64,000 nucleotides of DNA, taken from the NCBI GenBank assembly GCA_037925075.1, contig JAXSNR010000001.1:288001-352000 (forward strand). Direction: 5' to 3'. Positions 10,772-19,639 of this stretch are shown in pieces. The DNA comes from Aquificaceae bacterium (lineage in GTDB: Bacteria; Aquificota; Aquificia; Aquificales; Aquificaceae). Position numbers and translations under genes: made by a program. Each line of letters opens with the position of its first letter. Within the stretch, counting starts at the first letter, position 1. The notes under the pieces were generated by a model. That model did no database searches, was not told where the DNA came from, and saw only the letters and a list, made by a program, of their open reading frames with translations.

Positions 10772-13552
10772 TTAGTCAAAAGCCTCAAGGAATATCTCTC
10801 TGAGTCTTTTCATGCTTTGCTGAACCATCTCTTGAAGCTCTTCCGCTTGCATACCCAACGAGCTTGCGACCCTTTTGCTGTCCTGAGGTCCAAGCCATGA
10901 GCCCGCATTTTCCTTGGAAAGCCTGAGCCTTGTCTCCACAAGCCTCAAAAAGGTGTAGTGTTCGTAGGTTTCTCTCAAAAGTGCATACCTTTCCATAAGT
11001 CTTTGGCAGGCTTTTATCATGGAAGGCTCCCTGATTTTTTCCAAAAGCGAGTAGTACTGAATAAGAAACTCCGCATCTATAAGACCTCCGGGAGAGAACT
11101 TAAGGTCCAAAAGCCCCTTTCCCTTCTTTGCGTTTCCCTCAAGGGCAAACCTCATATCCCTTATTTCCCTCCTTTCCCTTTCACCCAAAGGCTTATCAAA
11201 GAGAAAAGACCTTAAGATATCCTCAAACTCTTCAAGGATCTCATCCTCACCCACCACATACCTGCACCTTGTCCATGCAAGCCTTTCCCATGTTCTTGCC
11301 TGAGAGGAAAAGTACTCTCTGTAAAAGTCAAGGGATGGCACTATCTCACCCGCACTACCCATGGGTCTTAGCCTAAAATCCACCTTGTAAAGGTATCCCT
11401 CTGAGGTATGCTTTGTGAGGAAGGCTATAAACTCCTGAGCCTTCTTTGTTTTATCCTCCCCATGCTCTTTACAAACAAAAACCAAGTCCAGGTCAGAGCC
11501 TATGGTTAGCTCCCTACTTCCGTACTTTCCCAATGACACGATAAGCACGCCCTTAAGGTTTAGCTCCCTGTAGAGGCTTTTGAGGATAAAGTCCGCAAGG
11601 TCCGCAAGCTTTTCAAAGAAGTTAAAAAGCTTTTTGTATCGCTCTTCCTTCTTTACGAGATAAACAAGGGCTATCCTTATTTCCCATATTTTCTTAAACC
11701 TTCTGTAAAGGTTTTCTAAGGTGAGGCTTAAGGTCTCCCTGTACTTCTCAAACTCTTCCACAAACTTTTCCTCCTCCGGAAAGTCCTGATACAGAGTAAG
11801 CACATCCTCCACAAGGTCTGGATACCTGCTTATCAAGGTGGAAAGGTAAGAGGACAGGGAAAAGACCCTACACAAGCTTTTGCCTATGTCTTCCTTTGCT
11901 GGGCTTAAAAGTACCTTCCTGCCTGTAGGGTTTGAAAAGAACTTGTCAAAGTTTGAAAGGGTTTCATCAGGGTCTATGGTTTGTGCCATGCTTTCCACAA
12001 GCTGTGGCACTATCCCTATAAAGGCCTGCTTTTCTTGGGTGGAAAGCTTTATACCCTCCCTTCCGCTTATGTAACTCCACAGTATGTTGTATGCTCTTAC
12101 AGGCTCCTTAAAACCGTAAACACTGAGAATCTCCTTTGCCTCTTCAAGGTCACCGTTAAGCAAGGCTCTTTGTATGGGGTGTAGCTCCTCTTCTTCTTGG
12201 GAAGGCATTATTTGGGAAAAGATAAGGCTCACACCCTTCTTGAACTCTTGGTATTTTTCCCTTAGCTCAAGCTCTTGCATGCCCATAGCCTTTGCAAGCC
12301 TTGGCATATCCCCATCCGATAAGTTTTGAGTCTGCGTACAATTTAGCATCTGCACCTTATGCTCAAGCCTTCTGAGAAACTCATAGGCCCTTTCCAAAAA
12401 TAAGGCTTCTTCGTTTGAAAAAACGCCCTTTTGACTGAGCCTCCATATGGTTCTAAAGGTGTTGCTTTCTCTTAGGAAGGGAAACTTGCCACCGAGCAAC
12501 AGCACAAGGGACTGAACAGCAAACTCCACCTCCCTTATTCCACCCTCTCCCGTCTTTATGCTTTCTTTGCCAAGAAGCCTCTTCCTTGCCTCGCTGGCTA
12601 TCTGAGCCTTTATAAGCCTTATTTCGTCAAGTATTCGGTAGTCTACAGATTTTCTAAACACAAAGGGTTCTTTGACCTCCCTTTCAAAAGCCTTGTAAAG
12701 CTCCTCATCTCCCGCACAGTACCTTGCCCTCAAAAGGGCAAACCTCTCCCATGTTCTCCCGTAGGATTCATAATAAAGCTCCGCACTTCTCAAAGACATG
12801 CTTATGGGTCCCGACTTTCCAAAAGGTCTAAGGTCCAAATCCACCTCATAGGGCTTGCCTTCCGGCGTCATTTGAGTCATAAGCTTAAGGACCTTCTGAA
12901 AGACCCTTGAGAAAAACTCATTTATTGTAAGCTTTCCCGCCTGACCTTTATCCGTTGAATGAATAAACATCAGGTCTATATCCGAGTAGTAGTTTAGCTC
13001 ATAGCTTCCCAACTTTCCAAGGGCTATTATGCAGGCGGTCGCAGGCCTTTTATCTTCGTCAATAGGCTCTCCGTACCTTTCCACTCCCTCCCTAAGGGAC
13101 CTTTGATAGGAAAGCTCAAGCATGGCATCTGGAAGCTGTGAGTATTCATGAAGGATATCTTCGTACCTTGCGGTGCCCAGAATCTCCTTTGCCATTATTC
13201 TCATAAGCTCCTTATGTCTATAGTATGCCAAGGTCTTTGAAAATTCTTCGTCAGACACGCCATCTGAAATGAGAGCCTTAAGTTCCGTTATATATGTCTC
13301 TCTCTCCTTGAACACATACCACAGGCCCGGTATGGTTTTCTGAAAGTCTTCAGGATGGTTTATAAGAAACTTCCTCATACACTCAGATTGGTCAAGAAGC
13401 TCAAGAAGGAGCACAAACCTTCTTTCGTTAAGGTACTTTACAAGGCTCTGAGGGTCAGGATGTTTCCTGAGTAGCTCATCAAGGCTTTCTCTTGCCTTTT
13501 GGATGTTATAAATCTTCTCTTCCGCATTCTTCCACCACTCCGAAGGGAACAT
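10772..13552 (-). CDS. glnE: Glutamine synthetase adenylyltransferase/adenylyl-removing enzyme
   Basis: Two nucleotidyltransferase repeats (LGKLGSYELNYYSDIDL; LGKYGSRELTIGSDLDL), DLRP/RLRP and WER motifs. Confidence 0.95.
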   Translation of the reverse strand: MFPSEWWKNAEEKIYNIQKARESLDELLRKHPDPQSLVKYLNERRFVLLLELLDQSECMRKFLINHPEDFQKTIPGLWYVFKERETYITELKALISDGVSDEEFSKTLAYYRHKELMRIMAKEILGTARYEDILHEYSQLPDAMLELSYQRSLREGVERYGEPIDEDKRPATACIIALGKLGSYELNYYSDIDLMFIHSTDKGQAGKLTINEFFSRVFQKVLKLMTQMTPEGKPYEVDLDLRPFGKSGPISMSLRSAELYYESYGRTWERFALLRARYCAGDEELYKAFEREVKEPFVFRKSVDYRILDEIRLIKAQIASEARKRLLGKESIKTGEGGIREVEFAVQSLVLLLGGKFPFLRESNTFRTIWRLSQKGVFSNEEALFLERAYEFLRRLEHKVQMLNCTQTQNLSDGDMPRLAKAMGMQELELREKYQEFKKGVSLIFSQIMPSQEEEELHPIQRALLNGDLEEAKEILSVYGFKEPVRAYNILWSYISGREGIKLSTQEKQAFIGIVPQLVESMAQTIDPDETLSNFDKFFSNPTGRKVLLSPAKEDIGKSLCRVFSLSSYLSTLISRYPDLVEDVLTLYQDFPEEEKFVEEFEKYRETLSLTLENLYRRFKKIWEIRIALVYLVKKEERYKKLFNFFEKLADLADFILKSLYRELNLKGVLIVSLGKYGSRELTIGSDLDLVFVCKEHGEDKTKKAQEFIAFLTKHTSEGYLYKVDFRLRPMGSAGEIVPSLDFYREYFSSQARTWERLAWTRCRYVVGEDEILEEFEDILRSFLFDKPLGERERREIRDMRFALEGNAKKGKGLLDLKFSPGGLIDAEFLIQYYSLLEKIREPSMIKACQRLMERYALLRETYEHYTFLRLVETRLRLSKENAGSWLGPQDSKRVASSLGMQAEELQEMVQQSMKRLREIFLEAFD

Positions 13553-13571
13553 ATTTATATTCTAATCTTAC

Positions 13572-13600
13572 TTTACAAAAGCTACATTGCGGTATATAAT
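13572..13600 (+). promoter_or_regulatory. Sigma70-type promoter for the Rrf2 gene (probably leaderless)
   Basis: TTTACA-17 bp-TATAAT, ATG 8 nt downstream, no SD sequence. Confidence 0.65.
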
Positions 13601-13608
13601 TTATCTTC

Positions 13609-14073
13609 ATGATATACTCAGAAACTGTTAAATATGCCCTACTGGCTTTGGCATACCTCGCCCTGAACAGGGACAGGCTTGTCAAGGTGGAAGAGATAGC
13701 GGAAGCCCAAAAGATTCCAAAGCCCTTCCTTTCAAAGATCTTTCACAAGCTGGCAAGGGAAAGGGTTTTGAAGTCTTTTAAGGGTCCCACCGGCGGTTTT
13801 ACCCTTGCCACACCCCCTGAAGAGATAACCATAATGGATGTTATACGTTACCTTGATGAAGACTACAAGTTAGACTACTGTGCCCTCAGACCAGGAAGGT
13901 GCGAAGAGTGGCAAAGCTCCCCCTGTATGGTCCACCACAAATGGACTGAGCTTAGAGAAAAGATACTCGAATATCTTACTACCACTACCATAGCGGAGCT
14001 TGCTGATGTGGAAAGCAGGCATAGGCGAGAGACCCATGCCCACAAGAACTCCCCTCTAAATCACATACTCTAA
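13609..14073 (+). CDS. Rrf2-family transcriptional regulator (IscR/NsrR-like, three Cys)
   Basis: YAL...EIAE..IPKPFLSKI...GPTGGFTLA wHTH; CALRPGRCEEWQSSPCMVH. Confidence 0.9.
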   Translation: MIYSETVKYALLALAYLALNRDRLVKVEEIAEAQKIPKPFLSKIFHKLARERVLKSFKGPTGGFTLATPPEEITIMDVIRYLDEDYKLDYCALRPGRCEEWQSSPCMVHHKWTELREKILEYLTTTTIAELADVESRHRRETHAHKNSPLNHIL

Positions 14074-16161
14074 TCTTTCCTTAAACTCCTCCTGCTTGCC
14101 CTTGTTCCATCTCTGGACTGGTCTGTAGTATCCCACTACCCTTGAATAAACCTCCGCAGGCTTTCCACACCAAGGACAATGGAAGTGCTCACCCCGTATG
14201 TAGCCATGTTCTTCACATACAGAAAAGGTAGGCGTAATGGTAAGGTAGGGTACAGGGTACCTTTCAAAGGCTGTCCTTATGAACTTTGCAACCGCCAATT
14301 CATCTGGAGATTCTTGGAGGAAGGTATGTATAACCGTTCCACCCGTGTAAAGGACCTGAAGGTCCTTCTGATGCTCAAGCACCTCAAAGGGGTCATCGGT
14401 GTAGTTCACCGGCAGGTGTGTTGAGTTGGTGTAGTATGGTTCCGCCTGCCCCGCGGTTATTATGTCAGGATATTTTGCCTTGTCTATCTTTGCAAGCCTG
14501 TAAGACGTTCCTTCTGCCGGTGTTGCTTCAAGGTTGTAAAGATGCCCTGTTTCCTCTTGAAAGTCTGATAGCTTCCTTCTCATGAAATTAAGCACCTTTA
14601 TGGCAAACTCTTTACCTTCTGGCTTTGCTATAGATACACCCAAAAAGTTAAGACAAGACTCATTCATACCCACGAGCCCTATTGTGGAAAAGAAGGTTTC
14701 AAAGGATTGCAAATACTCCTTTGAGTAGGGCATCAAGCCTCTTTTCAAATTCCTCTCTATGACTTTTCTCTTTATCTCAAGGCTTTCCTTTGCAAGTTCC
14801 ATGAGTTCTGAAAGCCTTCCGAAAAACTCCTCTTCAGACTTTGAAAGATAGGCAATCCTTGGAAGGTTTATGGTCACTACACCTATGGAACCTGTCTTGT
14901 CCGCACTTCCAAAAAGACCACCCATCCTGTTTTTTAGCTCTCTCAGGTCAAGCTGAAGCCTGCAACACATGCTTCTTACGTCGCCCGGTTTTAGGGAGCT
15001 TGATATGAAGTTATGAAAGTAGGGTATGCCATACTTTGCGGTCATCTTCCACAAAAGCCTAGCATTTTCCGAGTCCCATTCAAAGTCTGGAGTTATGTTG
15101 TAGGTGGGTATGGGGAAGGAGAATATTCTTCCTTCATAGTCCCCTTCCATCATAACCTCAATAAAAGCCCTGTTTATAATGTCCATTTCCCTTTGAAATT
15201 CGCCGTAGTATCCGATGTCAGGCCTTTCTTTACCCCCGATTATGACAGGTCTGTTTTTCATGTCCTCTGGTACTGTCCAGTCAAAGGAGAAGTTTATAAA
15301 GGGTGCCTGACCTCCCCATCTTGAAGGGACGTTAAGGGAAAAGACAAGCTGTTGCAATAGCTGTTTCACCTCATGGTATTCAAGCCTGTCCACTCTAACA
15401 AAGGGTGCAAGGAAGGTATCAACTGAATTCAGAGCCTGAGCACCCGCAAACTCCATCTGGGTTACACCGAGAAAGTTAACCATTTGACCAAGGAGTGAAG
15501 ACAAATGTTTTGCGGGACCCGCGGTGACTCTACCCGGACCTCCCCTAAAACCTTTTGTTAAAAGGTCTTCCATAGACCACCCTGCACAGTAACCCACTAT
15601 GCCATGGGAAAGGTCATGTATATGAAAGTCCCCTTCCCTGTGGGCCTTTGCGATCTTTTCAGGATAGACATGGGTGAGGGTGTAGTGGGCTATGATGGTT
15701 CCGGCGGTGTGAAGCATTAGACCAGAAAAGGAATAGCTTGCGTTGGCGTTTTCTTGAACCCTCCAATCCTGTTGGTATATATAGTCCTGAACCACCCTTT
15801 CCGCATCAACTATAGCCCTTGATATATCTCTTAGTTCCTCCCTCTTTTTCCTGTATAGAATGTAAGCCTTTGCAGTCTTTGCAAAACCATGAAGTATAAG
15901 GGTCTCTTCCACTATATCCTGTATTTCCTCCACATGAACCTCCCCTTTCCCCAATCCCAGCACCTTGAAAATAACCTCCTCCGTAAGTTCCTCTATTAGG
16001 GAAGCATCCACCGGCTCCTCAACGGCTTTGAAGGCCTTTGATATTGCCCTTTCTATTCTGCCTCTGTCAAAGCTTACAAGGGTGCCGTCCCTTTTTATTA
16101 CCTTTGGCAAGGCCTTTTGGTGTGATAAGAGCCTTTCCTTGGGAATGTCCAATTTCAGCAT
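14056..16161 (-). CDS. nrdD: Class III (anaerobic) ribonucleoside-triphosphate reductase with ATP cone
   Basis: VIKRDG ATP cone, HIHDL, SMCCRL, ATPAEG, C-x2-H/C-x2-C Zn site, glycyl-radical motif RVVGYY. Confidence 0.95.
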   Translation of the reverse strand: MLKLDIPKERLLSHQKALPKVIKRDGTLVSFDRGRIERAISKAFKAVEEPVDASLIEELTEEVIFKVLGLGKGEVHVEEIQDIVEETLILHGFAKTAKAYILYRKKREELRDISRAIVDAERVVQDYIYQQDWRVQENANASYSFSGLMLHTAGTIIAHYTLTHVYPEKIAKAHREGDFHIHDLSHGIVGYCAGWSMEDLLTKGFRGGPGRVTAGPAKHLSSLLGQMVNFLGVTQMEFAGAQALNSVDTFLAPFVRVDRLEYHEVKQLLQQLVFSLNVPSRWGGQAPFINFSFDWTVPEDMKNRPVIIGGKERPDIGYYGEFQREMDIINRAFIEVMMEGDYEGRIFSFPIPTYNITPDFEWDSENARLLWKMTAKYGIPYFHNFISSSLKPGDVRSMCCRLQLDLRELKNRMGGLFGSADKTGSIGVVTINLPRIAYLSKSEEEFFGRLSELMELAKESLEIKRKVIERNLKRGLMPYSKEYLQSFETFFSTIGLVGMNESCLNFLGVSIAKPEGKEFAIKVLNFMRRKLSDFQEETGHLYNLEATPAEGTSYRLAKIDKAKYPDIITAGQAEPYYTNSTHLPVNYTDDPFEVLEHQKDLQVLYTGGTVIHTFLQESPDELAVAKFIRTAFERYPVPYLTITPTFSVCEEHGYIRGEHFHCPWCGKPAEVYSRVVGYYRPVQRWNKGKQEEFKERLEYVI

Positions 16162-16264
16162 GTTTTTACCTCCTGAATAAATTTACTTTAAAATCTTAAA
16201 CGGAAAATTCTATACAGACAACAAGAGTAAAAGCTTAAAACATGGTATTTAGGCAATCCGCTCC

Positions 16265-17029
16265 CTAAGCCTTGGGAACTTCAAGGGTTTTTCTGGAGGT
16301 TTCAAACCATGCCAGATAGTCTTTTAACTCCACCACCTTACCCACCACCATAACCGCAGGAGGCTTTACCTCTGGAGGGTATTTAGAAAGCTCCTCAAGG
16401 CTCGTTATAACAACCCTTTGCTCAGAGGTGGTTCCCTTCTCTATAAAGGCCACAGGCTCCTTTGGGTCCCTTCCCACCTCTATTAGCCTTTTTGCCACCT
16501 CCTGCCTATTGGAGACCGCCATAAGAAACACAAGGGTGTTTATTCCCTTTAGACTATCCCAGTCTATGCTGGAGTTTTTCTTTTTAGGGTCCTCATGCCC
16601 TGTTATCACCGCAAAGGAAGAGGATACTCCCCTGAAGGTCAATGGTATGCCCGCATAGGCTGGGACCGCTATGGCGGAGCTCACCCCCGGAACAACTTCA
16701 AATTCTATGCCATGCTGGGCTAAGAATAGGGCTTCCTCGCCACCTCTTCCAAAGACAAAGGGGTCGCCACCCTTTAGTCTAACCACAACCTCCTTTATTT
16801 GGGCATACTTAAGGAGAAGCTCGTTTATCTTTTCCTGCTCCATCAGGTGCTTTCCGTCCTCCTTTCCCACATAAACAAGCTCACAGCTTGGATTTGCAAG
16901 CAGTAGGACTTCAGGGTTTACCAGCCTATCGTAAAGGATCACATCCGCAGACCTTATGAGCCTGTAAGCCTTTAGAGTAAGAAGCTCCATATCTCCTGGA
17001 CCTGCCCCAACAAGATAAACCTTACCCAT
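16265..17029 (-). CDS. nirE: Uroporphyrinogen-III C-methyltransferase (NirE/CobA)
   Basis: VYLVGAGPGD, RLKGGDPFVFGRGGEE; last gene of the nir operon. Confidence 0.9.
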   Translation of the reverse strand: MGKVYLVGAGPGDMELLTLKAYRLIRSADVILYDRLVNPEVLLLANPSCELVYVGKEDGKHLMEQEKINELLLKYAQIKEVVVRLKGGDPFVFGRGGEEALFLAQHGIEFEVVPGVSSAIAVPAYAGIPLTFRGVSSSFAVITGHEDPKKKNSSIDWDSLKGINTLVFLMAVSNRQEVAKRLIEVGRDPKEPVAFIEKGTTSEQRVVITSLEELSKYPPEVKPPAVMVVGKVVELKDYLAWFETSRKTLEVPKA

Positions 17030-17041
17030 GGCTAAACCTCC

Positions 17042-18085
17042 TTACCTTATAAGAAAAACCCCTGATGGGTTTGGTATGCTTATCTCCTCCAACACTTCAA
17101 GGGATGGCACAGAAAGAACCTTCAGCTTTGAATCAAAGTAGGAAGAGATGTAAAGCCTTTTGCCATCCTCTGAAAACCTCATATGCATAACCCTCTTACC
17201 TACGCGCTCTTCCTTCACAACTTTTGGCTCCACTGCATCTACAAGGGCTATGTGGTCCTCCCTGTCCCCGCTGAAGTTTACCGCCAAGTACCTTCCGTCC
17301 TTAGATATGGACGCAAAAACAGGCAGTCCTGAAAGCTCCACGTACCCCTCTAAGCTAAAGTTTTTAAGATTGACCACATAAAGCCTTCTTTCTCCAACCG
17401 CTGGTATAAACGCCCTATCTTCCAAGACTCCCCATGTGCCAAAGTGTGGTATTTTGAAGACTACCTGCTTACCTTCGGAGAGGAAAGAAACCTTTCTGTA
17501 TACATCCCCTTTTACATCCAACAAGCCAACACCCCCCTCCTTGAAAAAACCCACCACATAAACATCCCCTTTTAGAAGGGCGTCAAAGGGCATGGCTCCA
17601 ACCTCTTTAAAGACCCTTAGGTTTTTACCCTTTACAAGCCATATTTCATCTTTGTCCATGAGAGAAAAGACAAAGCCACCTTTAAAACCTTTTATGCCCA
17701 CGTTCCTTGAACCTGTAATTAGGGTCTGGACTACCTTTAGTTCTTCATCAAGGACCAAAACTGTCTTTGGCTCGTAGTTGGCCACCACTATATGGTCTTC
17801 CGTAAAGTCTATCCCTATGGTGCTTTCTCCAACCTTTACCTTTTTTAATAGCTCATCCTTTTGTACATCTATCTGGCTCAGATAACCGTCCCTGCTTATC
17901 AGGTAAGCCTTTCCCTTCCAGAGCTTGAGGGTGGCATGGTTCAGATTTCCAAGGTTTTCTATCTCCTTTACAAGCCTTCCATCCTTTACCACCGCAACAG
18001 CACCCCTTTCCCTTTCAACCACATAGAGCTTTTCGCAGAAGGCAAAGGCAGGGAATATTACAAAAAAGATTATCAGAGGTAGCAT
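17042..18085 (-). CDS. nirF: Heme d1 biosynthesis protein NirF (beta-propeller)
   Basis: Signal peptide from ATG 18085; VVERE, HAT, SRDG, KIPH..W, PSGVF motifs; nir context. Confidence 0.85.
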   Translation of the reverse strand: MLPLIIFFVIFPAFAFCEKLYVVERERGAVAVVKDGRLVKEIENLGNLNHATLKLWKGKAYLISRDGYLSQIDVQKDELLKKVKVGESTIGIDFTEDHIVVANYEPKTVLVLDEELKVVQTLITGSRNVGIKGFKGGFVFSLMDKDEIWLVKGKNLRVFKEVGAMPFDALLKGDVYVVGFFKEGGVGLLDVKGDVYRKVSFLSEGKQVVFKIPHFGTWGVLEDRAFIPAVGERRLYVVNLKNFSLEGYVELSGLPVFASISKDGRYLAVNFSGDREDHIALVDAVEPKVVKEERVGKRVMHMRFSEDGKRLYISSYFDSKLKVLSVPSLEVLEEISIPNPSGVFLIR

Positions 18086-19158
18086 GCTGGATCCTCCTCC
18101 CTGTAATCTCCATAGACCGCATAGGCTCTTGCCCTTGAATTCCCGTTGCATATATCAATAAAGGAACACTTACCACACCTTCCCTTAAGCCTTCGTGGCT
18201 TTTCTCTGAGAAAGCTCAACAGCCCATTACCCCGCCATATCTCAACTATGTCCCTTTCTTTCACATTGCCCACCTTGTGGAAGAAGAAGGGGTCAGGTTT
18301 TACGTTGCCTCTGAAGTCTATGTTCATGAGCCTCACACCCGCCTGATTACCACCCCACAGAAGAAGTCTCTCATAAAGGCTTCCCTCAAGCCTTGGATAT
18401 CTTTTCGCAAACTCTCTGTAAAGCATGACCGCATCCGTTTCGTTGTTGCCCGTGACCACATCTATGGGAATGCCCCTTTCCACATACTCAAAGGACTTGT
18501 CAAGAATAAACTTCACCCATCTTTTGTATTCTTCCCTTTCAAGGTCCGAAAGCCTTCTACCCCTGCCAGAGTACACAAGATGGGAGATGTAGATTTTTGG
18601 AATCCCTTCCTTCTCCGCAAGGTCAAAGACAAAGGGAAGGCTTCTTGAAGTGATGTGTGTAAGGGTGAACCTGAGCCCTACTCTTATACCTTCCTTCAGG
18701 CATGCCCTTATTGCCTTCAAAGATTCCTCAAAGGCTCCTTTTTTTCCTCTGAAGGCGTCATGAATCTCTGGCTCGCCGTCTATACTTATACCCACATAGT
18801 CAAAGTGCCTTTTTATTTCTTCCATGTATTCCCTTACAAGAAGGCCGTTGGTGGAAAGGTATGTCCTTATACCCTTTTCCTTCAAAAGTCTGGCAATTGT
18901 GAAAAGGTCCCCCCGTAGGAGCGGTTCGCCCCCCGATAGTATGGCAAACCTTACTCCCACAGAAGGAAGGTTATGCGAAAGGCTCACCACCTCCTCATGA
19001 GAAAGCTCCCCTTCCCTTTCTTGGTTGGCGGAGGAGTAGCAGTGTTTGCAGTAAAGGTTGCAGGCGTTGGTAAGGTTCCATATGAGTATCACACCCTCAA
19101 AAGGCTTTCGCTTTTTACCTTCAAGGGGCTCTCTTATGTACTCCGTTATCCTAAGCAT
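18073..19158 (-). CDS. nirJ: Radical SAM heme d1 biosynthesis protein NirJ
   Basis: WNLTNACNLYCKHCY, SGGEP, C-terminal SPASM-type Cys motif (CGKC...ICNGNSRARA...DPACY). Confidence 0.9.
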   Translation of the reverse strand: MLRITEYIREPLEGKKRKPFEGVILIWNLTNACNLYCKHCYSSANQEREGELSHEEVVSLSHNLPSVGVRFAILSGGEPLLRGDLFTIARLLKEKGIRTYLSTNGLLVREYMEEIKRHFDYVGISIDGEPEIHDAFRGKKGAFEESLKAIRACLKEGIRVGLRFTLTHITSRSLPFVFDLAEKEGIPKIYISHLVYSGRGRRLSDLEREEYKRWVKFILDKSFEYVERGIPIDVVTGNNETDAVMLYREFAKRYPRLEGSLYERLLLWGGNQAGVRLMNIDFRGNVKPDPFFFHKVGNVKERDIVEIWRGNGLLSFLREKPRRLKGRCGKCSFIDICNGNSRARAYAVYGDYREEDPACYL

Positions 19159-19639
19159 AGTTAAGCTCCACCGCCACTTCGCATATGCCGTCTCCGTGAG
19201 CGTTGCACTTTGTTTCGTAAGCCCTTACCCTCTTGTTTAGGTAGCTTTCCACTATCCCAGCCACAAAGCCAGCCTCAAAGTGGCATATCCTCTTGCCTAT
19301 GTTTGGCATACCCGAGCAAGTTATGCATTCATCAAGAGCTACCACTATCTTCTCTTGGCTTACATCCACGGGCACCAATAGACCTATCTTTGAGTCTTTG
19401 ACAAAATCTATTACCTTTCCAAGATAAGCGTTAAGGTCTTCATCCTTTAAGGTGTTCCCAACCTCTCTTCCTAACTCTCTTCCCGCCTTTTGAATCAAGG
19501 TTATGGCACCCATATGCCCCACCATATCCTCCAGATGCACGCCAGTAAAGACCCTGAAGGCTCTGAAGACAAGTATGGGTATGTCCTCGCCGAGGTGTGG
19601 CCTTCTTACCTGTGATATGGTTTCAATCCATCCAGCCAT
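19151..19639 (-). CDS. Stand-alone V4R-domain protein
   Basis: ECITCSG...ICHFEAG...ETKC...GDGICE; overlaps both nirN and nirJ. Confidence 0.85.
   Translation of the reverse strand: MAGWIETISQVRRPHLGEDIPILVFRAFRVFTGVHLEDMVGHMGAITLIQKAGRELGREVGNTLKDEDLNAYLGKVIDFVKDSKIGLLVPVDVSQEKIVVALDECITCSGMPNIGKRICHFEAGFVAGIVESYLNKRVRAYETKCNAHGDGICEVAVELNYA

Noticed and set aside
16162..16264. NrdR boxes upstream of nrdD
   Set aside because: No convincing match to the acaCwAtATaTwGtg consensus.
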